A DNA stretch of 64,000 nucleotides from Chrysomallon squamiferum (taxonomy: Eukaryota; Animalia; Mollusca): the NCBI GenBank assembly GCA_012295275.1, contig CM022672.1, forward strand, positions 248,001 to 312,000, read 5' to 3'. Position numbers and translations under genes: made by a program. Under the pieces are notes generated by a model. That model did not search any database. It saw nothing but the letters and a program-made list of their open reading frames with translations, and was not told the origin of the DNA. Shown piece by piece: positions 35,642 through 47,847 of this stretch (positions are counted from its first letter, which is position 1; each line of letters begins with the position of its first letter).

Positions 35642-38600
35642 ACATTAACTCACATGTTAGGATTTAGCGTATTTTATATGTAATACCATAACAGATTATT
35701 TTCTACGTTTTTTATAGATATAAACATTTATGAGATTCTAACTGCATAATAACTGATTAGCTAGAGATAGTGTATTTTATATTTGTGTACTGTTATTTTT
35801 GGTGTGGCCACTTTACTGTTATATTATTATAGTTCTGTTATATTTCTATCAAACATTGTAAACTGTGTTTAAAACTGATGATGTTTTCATATAGTGACTG
35901 TAGTTAACTGAGCCTGCACAGTGCTACTGTTTCTAAGCTTCATAAACAAATCTCCAAACATATTTCTAAATGTTATTTTAATTTGTTTATCCAAAATACT
36001 TTCAGTGCTGATTTGTTCACTGAAATATTTTCAGTGGTTTCATGTAGTTATTTTAATGTGTTACAGTTCTGTTCTATTAAAATATTTGTAATTTAAAATC
36101 ATTTTTTATTTAAATGTTCAGATAACTGTTCTTTGTATTTCTTGTTATGTAATTTTGACTTCTGTTATACACTTTATATTTTTATACTATATAGATTTTT
36201 TTACACATTTCATTTTTATATTATTAACCAGAATTGTACATATCACTTTTTACCTTTCATGTAATGAGAATTACAATCATTTATAGAATTTCTATCAACT
36301 AATTATTTTTGTATTTTTCTATTTTAGAAATAAATATTATTTTCTTACATTTATAGTTTATCATTCATGCTTGTGTGTGTTTGTCATTGTTAGTTAAATT
36401 AAAAAACAATGAAACTCCTTTAAACTGACAACCCTAACTGTGCTGAATAAATTGTTCAGTTTACTAAGGTTTGAAGAAACAGGATATCAAAATGAAATGA
36501 TACTGATGTAATTCCAAAAATTCATCACAGTAATCCAAGAATGATCTCTTTGGCTAAATCAACATTGTGATATTAAAATGCAATGAATCAAATTAACAGC
36601 TGTTTTGCCAGACACTTTTTAAACTACAGCAACAAACTGATTGGGAAGAGATAGTCATTCTTAATAATTATTGCAGACATAAAGACATTAACTGAGTGAC
36701 ACAAGCTTTTCACTGGTTAAAGCTATGTGTTTTTCAGTTTACAGACAAGATTATTTTCTGTCATACAGCTTTCAATTATTGTTAAATTTAAAAAAAAAAA
36801 TATATATATATTCTTTAAACCTGATGAAAAAAGTTTTACACAATAAATGACTGTTAGCCTGCATCTACAGAGATCCTGGTAGAATATCCAGAGAAAGAGC
36901 TTCGTAATTTTAAAAAGCATAGATCAGTCTGTGTTCACTGGTAAAGATGGACAACTGTGCAATGTAACATAAACACATACCTGAATGTATTCACAAGTCT
37001 AGACAAACTATATAATTTAACATCAGTGTAGACCATTCTGTATTGTCTGTACACAAGAGACTATATCACTATAATACTGAGCATTTTTTTCTACATTCTC
37101 TATTTGTATTGACTGATGAACATTCATCACATTCTCTCTTTTCTTTCAGGTTTATTCTGCATAGAGTATACCCAGCCTAACCACAAACAACTTTTACATT
37201 GTATATTTCAATGTTTTACACATAAATTTGTTATTAAATCTTTCCATTAGCTACACTAATTTCGCTGTTTTTCAAAATGTGTGTCTTGTACATCACAGCT
37301 AGTAGTCTTCACCCAGAAAACCTGTGTGAACATTTGGCAGCATACAACAAAATTTTCCTCATAATATGAACCACTCAATACACATGGTCATAAACAAAGC
37401 TTGTCTCACTGTAATCATGTTTATGGTGTGCATAAATATAACAGTTAAAACAACACATTGAATAAAAACAATAAAGACAAGTTTATTAAAACAAAGTGCA
37501 GAGTATTAACAGCATATAAACAAACACCTTATTATGCAATATTCAAACTATTTCATATTTTGTTTTTACATTTATGAATAAATTTTGAAATGTAAATAGT
37601 AATTTTAAACAGAACATAATGAAGAGTAATAGAATCTCAGTGTTATTTACTTTGTTCACTGTCAATGCACAAGAACAGGTAGACATTTTCTAAACACTTC
37701 AGTACAGGGAACATAAAACACATAAAGTAGTATGAACACATTAGAGGGTTAAAAACCAAATCTGACAAAATGAATAAAAAGTAATGAACAAAATCTCCAA
37801 TATAACAAGGGAATTTTTGGAGTGTTTTTTTTTACTTTATTGTTCATTGTGGTTGCATTGTTGCAGAGGAGTGTTTTGTTTTTGTTTTTCTTTATGTAGT
37901 GAAGTTTCTTTAATACTGTTTTGATACATTTAACTGGACAAAGTAATATTAAAACTTTTATGTGGTAAAACACTAAATAAATAAAACATTAATAAAGAAA
38001 ATATATAATAATGAAAGAAAATAACATTGAGTAAAAGTTTAAAATTAAATAACACTGAACAATATTCAAATAAAATGAAAAGCAAATGCAATATAGTCAG
38101 TAAAGATAATAACTAACTCACAGAGGTGAATATCACAAAACTTAAACTTTCTCAGCACAACCAAAATGTGTTATCACAGTCAAAACAAAACTTTTACAAA
38201 TGTCATCAGATCCTTGATAAGGCTTTTTGGCTTAAAATCTTTCAACATAAAAATTTATTTTAGCACATATTCATTCATATGTGGCCTGGATCAAACAGCT
38301 TAACAGCAACTTTTGAACATTGGCAATTAGTGCAATTTTTTCAATGCAACCAACACTGTTTTTCTCCATGGCAACAATGCCACACTGATGTACAGTTTCA
38401 CACAGTGAGTTTCAAATAAAAATATCATTCTACTTTTGAGTGAAAAACCACATATATTCTGTAAGAAGACATAACAGATAACAAATATTTCTTCTGTGTT
38501 CCTCTTCTAAACTATTACATAGTTCACAATTTAGTCATTTACTAAATACAGTCATCAGCCTGCACATAGGTTAGTTTTTATTTAATCTACTACAGCCATC

Positions 38601-38955
38601 AAATTAGTTTTATCTAATATAACCATGGATTAATTTTTATTTAATCTGCTACATCCATAGATTACAGTTTATATTTATTTCTTATAGTCATAAATTAGTG
38701 TTCTTACTCATTTGCTATAGCCACACATTTCTGTTTTTGTATATACTACAGCTACATTATTCTATATCATTCTAAACACAAACAGTCTTTTTCATACCAG
38801 TAAATATCTGTGTTAAAAAAAAGGTATAGTTTAATTTTGAAGGATGGTAAATGAAAGTGTGAAAATAGTTAAAAAATAGATGTAGTTGAATTTTGAAGGA
38901 TGGTAAATGAAAGTGTGAAAATATGTTTAATGAAAGGAGCTGGTGGGTTAAGAAC

Positions 38956-41555
38956 TCAGACAATCATCTGAACATTTTCTCCATGGACTGGGTCATCAGC
39001 AGCAATTCTGTGATAGGTCATAGTTAGCCTCTCCATTTTCTTTTTGCGATGTCTGTACACTCCCACAGTGGCCAGAGCTCCAAGAAACACGCCAATCAGC
39101 ACAGACATGCCTATAACAATGCCTGTCACTACCCAGTTCTCTGCCAGTGTGAACGAACTTGCTGTCGTGCTCTCTTCTGTCACATGTGTCAGTGGCCAGC
39201 TTGGTTTCATACACTTGTTAGTCCAACAGCAACACAGCTTGCTGGATACATTATCTATTGTCACCTGTAAGAACACACACAAACACTTACAGCCCATTTA
39301 ACATTCTATTTGTAGAGTGTGAGTACCCACAGTTTTACAAAAACTCTATTTACAATTGAGTACTCAGTTTTACATATTCTATTTACAATGTGAGTACTCA
39401 TAGTTTTTTATGTATCATATTTTCAGTGTGAGTACTCAGTGTTACATATTCTCTAGTTATAATGTGAGTACTCAGTGTTACATATTCTCTAGTTATAATG
39501 TGAGTACTCAGCTTTACATATTATCTATTTACAATGTGAGTACTCACAGTTTTACATGTTTCACTCAGAGACTTAGTCATGTTGTTTTTCTTGCAGTACA
39601 CAGAATCACAGAAATATGACTCTACAACTCTCCCATCTTTCAGTGTTGCCATGGTCCGGGCACACATATCATCTGGATGTTTGCAATACGATAATAATCC
39701 TAAATATAACAAATAGTGTTAAATATATGGGTCATTCCGTGTCAAATCACCCAATGAAATTTCTATGAAACTTGGTATACTTGTTGACTTGGATCCCACA
39801 GCACCAAATCTGAAATTTTAGGCCAATTGGACCAGTGGTGTGGGAGATATGGTCTCCCAAATGTTGAGACTTTTGGCAAAAATGGGCATGACCACCAACC
39901 TTTGAACCCTCATATCTCAGGAACTACTGGGCTAATCTTCATAAAATTGCTGTTGTTGAAAGGGCAATATGATAAGGATTCCGAACCTGACATTATTGTT
40001 CAGTTTGGAAAATAATGGGGTCATTGACCTTTTGACCTTTGTTATGACCTTCAAACTGGCACTGTGGGTCACATATGAGTTTTCAAAGGTTGATGGTCAT
40101 GACAATTTTTGCCAAAAGTCTCAAAATTCAGGGGGCCATATCTCCCATATCACTGGTCCGATTGGCCTAAAATTTCAAATTTGGTACTATGGAATCCCAG
40201 TCAACAAGTATACCAAGTTTCATAAAAAATCTGAGACGGTCAGGTTTAAATTTTGTTTTTTGGGGTGATTTTACATGGAATGACCCATATACATACATAC
40301 ATACATACATACATATACAATTTTAATGTATTATGTAATGTTAAATCACATCCTGAATGTATTATCTGTTGTTAAATAACATACTTAATGTATTACGCAT
40401 TGCTGAATCACATACTGAATGTATTATATACTGCTAAACAACAAACATAATACATTATGTATTGCTAAATAACACACTGATAAATAAGCTTACTATTTGT
40501 ATATTGTTAAATAACAATGAATATATTACATGCTAAATAACATATTGAACATATTTTTTCGTTGAATAACACAATGAATGTATTATGTATTGTTAAATGA
40601 CACAATGAATGTACTGTATAATGTAATTTTGTTAAAAAAGACACCTGTTGGGACAGTGGAGATGTTGGAGCCAGTGTAACACAACTGTTGATACGGAGGC
40701 AGATCCTGCATTGTTGTATGTCGAGAATTACAGTTATCTTTGTCACAGCAAAACAGGTCTCCTTGTAACCCTCTGTAAGTTATCTGTAAAACACAGCATT
40801 TACTGTAAAACAGTTCGTTATTTGAGTAAAAATCCAATATTAACTGTAATACATACTGTTTACATCTGAAACTGATTCTGATTTATATCACACTGATAAT
40901 GCATACTGTCTAACATCGATGATTATTTATATTAATGTGTACTTTTATACCTGACACTGTAAAAATATACAAGTATAAACATTTTGTGTGACATTTTACT
41001 TACATTATTAATTCTTCCTGTTACTTGGTTCGCACAGATCCCATCATAGTCACAAGAGAAATTTGCATACACACTTGTGTCAATTGTCAAAACATTGGTT
41101 TCATCCTTCAGTGTTTTCTTCACCAAATATTTGAAAATGAGGCAGTGAGTTACGTGAGATGAGCTGGTGATGTGACTGATATTCTGTGCTACATTTGTTT
41201 TCTTTGATGACTGTACATTAGTAAAATGTTTTTCTCCTGTGGTACACGATTCATTCATAAAATAATTTTGGTTTTTTATGTTTCCATAATAACAGTATGT
41301 TACTGTAGAACACGTACACCTGAAAATTAAGAATATCAATACTAAAAAATAAAACTAATTCTTTTCTTTTTGTTGGTTTTTAATTTATTTTGTTTTTCTT
41401 AAGTATAATAATAATACATCTGTCTCGTTTTAACTCGCATATTTCATTTATTTGTTGCATTATCTTTGTCAGATTTGTTTCATCAGTTTAAATCAAAGTT
41501 CAACCAAAATTTACATTGAACAATCAACAAATGCATTATTATAACAAAGCTATTA

Positions 41556-41601
<46 letters not shown>

Positions 41602-41895
41602 ATTAAAATCATCAGTGTATTAGTATTATAAATACAGTACTCAATACTGTGAGGATTGTAAGAATGTTACGAATTTTATTATGTTTCAAACTGAAAAGTG
41701 AATGATAAATGATAAAACATTCCGATATGTTTCTTTTTCCGATTATACGACAAACGAACCCTAGCGTTTTTCCTATCGTCATGAATAAAAAGGGTCGCAA
41801 AATAAAAATTCAGTTATCTGATAGTACCTCTGGCTTGAAGAAAATAAGCTATAAAATACTATTAAAGACGTAAACAGTAACAAGATTCCATCCAT
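38956..41895 (-). CDS. Uncharacterised type-I membrane protein (~327 aa) with two Cys-box (Ly6/three-finger- or activin-receptor-like) ectodomains
   Basis: Exons 41895-41828 (signal MDGILLLFTSLIVFYSLFSSSQ), 41319-41004, 40783-40645, 39699-39548, 39264-38956, all with matching phases. FCCDKDNCN and LCCCWTNKCM; TM VVTGIVIGMSVLIGVFLGALATVGV followed by YRHRKKK. Confidence 0.75.
39310..39560. repeat. ~36-bp tandem array copying the minus-strand donor (gtgagtactcac)
   Basis: tgtgagtactcacagttttacatattctatttacaa units adjoining exon end 39548. Confidence 0.85.
39729..40286. mobile_element. Foldback MITE with long (~190 bp) imperfect TIRs and ATAT target duplication
   Basis: ATAT|gggtcattccgtgtcaaatcaccc ... 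gggtgattttacatggaatgaccc|ATAT. Inner arms also match: tatgaaacttggtatacttgttgac / gtcaacaagtataccaagtttcata and gagacttttggcaaaa / ttttgccaaaagtctc. Confidence 0.88.
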
Positions 41896-42522
41896 TTTTT
41901 TTCTTCTTCTTCTTTCAAACATAATTCTTCACTACAATTAGAGCATCAACTGATCAAGTATGATCTCTGCGCTAAGGTATCTTCTTGGGGGATATAAATG
42001 AGCCACAAAGTTATTAAGGAATAAAATCTTATTATTGTAATGTTATATAGAAAGAGATACAAACAAATAATAATAATAATTTAAAAAGGAATTAATAAAA
42101 TGAAATGAAAAAAAAATAATAATAAAATAAAAACAAGAACAGAAGAAAAAAATATACCTCTTTACAAGTAATTAAATAGAATACTGCCTGTGTCATTTCG
42201 AATTAAACAAATTTATGTATGTGATTTATTCAATTCAATTTTCCACAGTTATAACAGATCAAAAAGTGGCCCCATTTTATTTAGAAAAGTTCTCTCAGAA
42301 AATACGTCGATGAAATTTGTAGATCGCAACAATTATGAGTCCGTAAGAAATTCAGGGTAGGTAACTCTAATTGGTTTGGGGGAGTAATTTCTAATGGATT
42401 ACAGCAGTTGAATTGGCTAACCGTTAAAATACCACATAGTTTTGCAGTTTACCGGGAATTATATGCTTTATTTAAATTACATTTAAACTAATTTTAATTA
42501 AGATCAGGAACCAGCTTTTGTA

Positions 42523-43258
42523 ATGTTGTCGTCAAATAGTGATGATCACTTTCCAATGAATCCAATGGTACATTAATAACTTAATTAAATGTTGTATCCC
42601 GTTATTTCGAATCACCCGGAATACACATAACGAAAGTTTAGAAATGTTTGATATTTTCGGAGCATGAACATTCATTAGTTCAGATATCTGTTCAGTAATA
42701 AAGTAGTTAGCTCTTCTGTTGTTATTAAAAAAGGAAGAAGAAGATAAAATAGCACCTTGTTTAATTATTAGATTAAATAAAATTATTAAAATTACTTACG
42801 CTGCTGAGTTATAATGTGATGTGCTCATTATTTTACCGTCTCCGCTAAAACGGATGCTAGAGGTTTCTCTGCTTATTTGATTCCAAGTAATTTCTTGCAG
42901 AAAGTTAATAAAAGCTTGCTTGTATTATGAGTTGTATACAAATGTAACGAATTTGTAGGTAGATCATCAAAATAATAAAACGTACATTTTGACATATATA
43001 ATACTAACTTTTGGATTGTTGTTAGGATGAAAATAATTCCAGTGTTTCCGCTGCCAAGACAAAAGCGAGACGAGATGACAGTGATTTCTCAGATCCTGTG
43101 TTCAAGAAACTGTCACGCCTAAATGGGGAGATTAACAAGATGACAAAAAATGAGTTAAAATCCAAACTGACAAACCTCAGACTGGACTCCAGGTCAGTGA
43201 CACATCTCATTTCTTCTCCACTGACAGCATAATTATTTTTTATTCTCCCAGATATCAA

Positions 43259-43316
<58 letters not shown>

Positions 43317-45322
43317 GTTTATTATTATTGGTTCACATTTTGTTCAAAATACAAAAAAGTATTCAAATCTTTCAAAAATGTGTAAAGTTTCTGGTTTTTA
43401 TAATCTGTTTAGAAACATGAAAAAGATAGGAAAATTGCAAGTACAGTGTGAAAATTACTTTTTTACTTACACTTGAAAAAATGTACAGAACTTCCTGTGA
43501 TTTTGAAAATGCTAATGGTTTGAAGTAAGGTAAAAATGTAGTGTATCCTTATATAATTTACCTCTTAAAATGCATAAATTTCTTTCTTTCTTTTTTTGTT
43601 ATATTCTAAAAATAACTGGTAATTCTGGAGAAAAGCAATAGATATTTCATAATTTCTAAAATGTTGGTTTGCCAAGTTCCTCAGAGAATACAAAATGTAA
43701 TTTTGAAATTTTTTGAATTTTTGTTCAAATTAGTAACACTTGTTTCTCATTTTTAAGTTGCATTATCTAATTATTTCACAGGGGTGTGAAAGATATCTTG
43801 AAGCGACGTTTGAAAAACTACTACAAAAAACAAAATTTGATGAAAGCTCATATCAAAGCTCCAGGTGGTACAAAATATGACTACCTGATAGTTATTGACT
43901 ACGAAGCAACATGCATGGAGAACAATGCAAACTACAAACATGAAATCATTGAGTTCCCAGCAGTTCTTATTGATGTGCAGGAAATCAAAGTGGTACATTT
44001 TCAAACATTCCTTTTTTTCTCTATCAGCTGTCATTGATAAACTGTTTGAATTATTTTTAATATTTATATATAACTTAATATTATATATTTTTTTTCCTGA
44101 TGTTATAACTACTATTATATTAATAATTATGTAGTAGAATCTGATCAAAATACATGTAGTGACACTTGTTTACTGTTTTGTTGTAGGTTGATGAGTTTCA
44201 CTGTTACTGTAGGCCACGGTTAAACCACCGGCTGACTGAATTCTGTATCAGTCTCACCGGAATAACACAGGTAACAATCTCCTTCAACATCTTGTCCAAC
44301 AGTCTGTGCATGTGTAAGTACTCACAGTTTACACTGTTGTTGTTGTTGTTGTTGTAGGAGAAGGTTGATGCAGCTCCTGAGTTTGTGAAGGTTTTGTCAA
44401 TGTTTGAAGAGTGGTTGTCCTCTCACCACCTTTACGACTGCTACAAAACAGTGATCGTTACTGATGGGTTAGTCACATTTGTTCAACAGTTTGCTGTGAG
44501 AGTTATGTAAAACAGGTTGATTATTTTAATTCTTTGTGAACAAATGCAATTTTTAAAGAGACTGAATAATAAAATTGTTTCCAGTAGTTGAACCTATGAA
44601 TGAATTTTTGAACATTAGAGTGTAGCAGTGAATTGTTTTAAATAATTAATCTGTTTTGTTTCAGTCCATGGGACATGAGTCGTTTCCTGTTCACCCAGTG
44701 TCAGCTGTCGTCTGTTCCTTATCCACACTGGGCGACCAAGTGGATCAACATACGTAAGTTGTACGGTAATTATTACCAGTGTCGTCGTTGTGGGATAGAA
44801 ATGATGCTGTCACAACTGGGGATGACATTTGAAGGAACACTTCACTGTGGTCTTGATGACACCCGCAACATCGCCAGAATTGCACTGCGAATGCTTAAAG
44901 ATGGCTGCGTGTTTAAAGTGAATGAATACATCAACATCTTGCATGAAGGCAGAAAGCAGCATGCTCGTATAGAGGGAGTGACTGAACACAACAGCAGCGA
45001 TGATGACACTGCAGCAGTAAACAGTAGTGTTAGTTCTGACATGATAGATGGAACAGTCTCAACATCAAGGTCATCATCATCAGCAGACACAGATGTGACA
45101 CAGCCACCTTTAACATCGTCGTCTGATCTCAGTGATGTGAGACCATCAGCATCTTCATCTGAAGACACTGACATCACTCACTCAGTGTCATCATCATCAC
45201 AAAACTCAGAACTGTCCTCATCCCGCTCAGTGCCAGTGCTGAGTTCACACAACTCACAGCTGTCCGAGCCTGAAGACTGCATTGATGACTTGATCCACTA
45301 TTACACACTTCAGGCTCTGTGA
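42523..45322 (+). CDS. ERI1: 3'-5' exoribonuclease 1 (SAP + DEDDh domain)
   Basis: Exons 42523-42567 (start tentative), 43026-43192, 43782-43992, 44187-44270, 44358-44467, 44665-45322. DFSDPVFKK..SAP..RGVKDILKRRLKNYYKKQ; IVIDYEATC; EIIEFPAVL; TDGPWDMSRFL; HCGLDDTRNIARI. Confidence 0.93.
43259..43315. repeat. (AAT)n microsatellite
   Basis: Directly visible. Confidence 0.95.
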
Positions 45323-47847
45323 CAGTTTAACATTATTTTTCTTTATAAAGTGTGGTGGAGTTTTATTGTTAGTTTGTTCTTTCTTTATAAAATATGCATA
45401 TGCTTTGATAATAATTTTTTTCTTTATAAACTATGGAAGTATTTTATTGTTAGTTTGGGTTGTTGTTGTTTTTGTTTTTTTTCCATTGTAAAACATGCAG
45501 GGGCTTTTAACTTTAGTTCTTTCCATAAAATATGGAATGTGTTTAGCAATAGAAGATTACAAGATCAGACCTGCTATTCGTCTATTTACCAGCACATTCC
45601 TATCTCAGAAATTAAAAATTAAGAATCTGCTTTCTTGTAAAGATTACATATGAATTAGTTTTTATTAGCTAAAGTGAATAAAAATGATCATGTGATTCCT
45701 TTAAACAAAATCTTTAATACAGTGATGAGAAGAAACCAGACACCAGTACACATCTGCAGTCACAACAGCACATATCTTGTTCTTTGCATAGACTAAGATA
45801 AATAACAAATTGAGTAAAGCTTTTTTTGTACAGAATTAAACAATTCACTGAATTAAACGTTTATTACAAACAAGCACTGTATAACAATAACTACAAAACA
45901 ACACACATATTTCTTAAAATAACAGCCACATTTTATTACATTACAGAAAAATAAAACAACTGAGATTGTAACCAGTTACTAAATTTAAAAAAAACAGACA
46001 TAAAAAAAAAAGTAAAAAAATGAAATAGTGATCTCCTATTTACAAAATGATCATACACATAGAAAGGAAATTGAACAAACCCATACTTTAAAATTATAAA
46101 AAGTAGATACATTATCTTTTAATTATTTGACTAAATAATAGTTCTAAATATTTTGAACTATAAAGTTTTACTTTATTATTTTATTGTATGTAGTTATTTA
46201 TTATGTTATGCCTGAGATGTCTGACACTAAGCTGTTTGAAAATATCTATTTATGAAGTAAAAGTTATTCAACTATCATTTATAAACGAGTAATTTTTAAT
46301 AATACTTTAAAAATGTGTTAAAAAAGAAAGCATTCAACAATATAAATAAATATTAACAATGGTTATATACTATGTACAAAGAAAACACTTAAAATAATTG
46401 TAAAATACTGCATTAAAAAACCAATATCACATTGAGCAGTAAAAACTTTCAATATTACAAAATAAAAACATTTGAAAAAGATTGTAAACTGGTAATGGAC
46501 GGAAAACTTGTTACCATAGGGCACATAAACTGTGACAATTGCAGATTTTAATGTTTGTTATTGTATATGTAGTTTACTGCAAACATTTAATTGTATAATA
46601 TGGCCATATTGTATGTTTAATTGTATATATACATTATACTTCAAAAATAATTTCAAATTAGTACGAAATATGGTTCCACAATATATTTTATTAAATTTTC
46701 ATTTGAATGGAATGTGTGTATCACAAACACAAACACAAGTTATATCACACCAAGTACAATAAGTAATGTTTTGTTTGAAGTGATCAAAGTATTATGTGAT
46801 GATATTGCATAGAGACACTACATTTTTGAATTGCTAAACAATTATTTTTACAATCGAACTGCATTAATGATTTATTACTTTTATTATTTTAATTTTGTAA
46901 AAAATAAACTGACTAGATATGTACACAACTGACTAGAAAATGCACTTTATTAAAACATCAGGACACAACATTGAGAAAGATTTTGTATATTCAGTATACA
47001 CACATTTTATGTATTTACAATTACAGCAGTATTTATCTTATTTTTATAACTCACAGCTATTGGTTGTTTAGCACTATTTGAAAAGAGAATTTTCTTTTTT
47101 AATTATTTTGAGAAAAGCATATGGACTTGTTTTTTGTTCCTAAATATGTTCAGGAATTAAAAACAGATTTAATACAGAAAACAATCAGAACATTAACATT
47201 AACATTTCAGGATAATTAAAACTTCTTAATTAGGATAATTTTGTTATTTTGAAATGGTTTTGGTATAAATTAAAATTTACACATTTTTATCTTTTTTAAA
47301 AGAGAAAACTGATTTGAGTGAATACTGAGTTAATGCGAGTATAAATATTAAAACAGACTGAATGTTAAATAAGACATTATTTTAAACAGATTTCTGTGGA
47401 ATATTCAGAGATAAAAGCAACATTAAAACAAAATTCACTGCTTTCTACTCTGATAAAACACCTTTAAAACTAAATAATTCTGAAATTTTAATTAAAAAGA
47501 AGCTTTCCCATATAATGAAATATAATTAATATTCAAAAAATTTACAACCACCGTGTGATATGTTTGTGTTTTATGAAGAATAAAATCAAAACTAAAAACA
47601 ATAACATCATACCAGTTAATTCATAACCCATTACCGTTAAGATTGTATCAATACATATCAATGTGAGTTCATTGCAGCAGTGGAAATAGTCTGGGTCTCT
47701 TGAATCTGAATGTACCACAGCAGTAGCAACAGTATCAACATTTTCATGCAGAAATAATTCTTAATGTATCACAGCTTCTCAAATACAGTGAATGTGCTAC
47801 AGCAGTAGAAAGAGTATCAATGCTTCACACACAGAGCAGTAGAAATA

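Noticed and set aside
38825-38925. Two-copy ~56-bp duplication just past the stop of the orphan TM gene
   Set aside because: Simple local duplication in the 3' UTR with no evident structure or function.
35642-38955. Possible additional gene or RNA gene between the convergent 3' ends
   Set aside because: Only AT-rich UTR-like sequence with AATAAA signals; no credible exons or tRNA/snRNA motifs seen.
39827-40268. Two short ORFs inside the MITE
   Set aside because: No transposase motifs; incidental frames in a foldback element.
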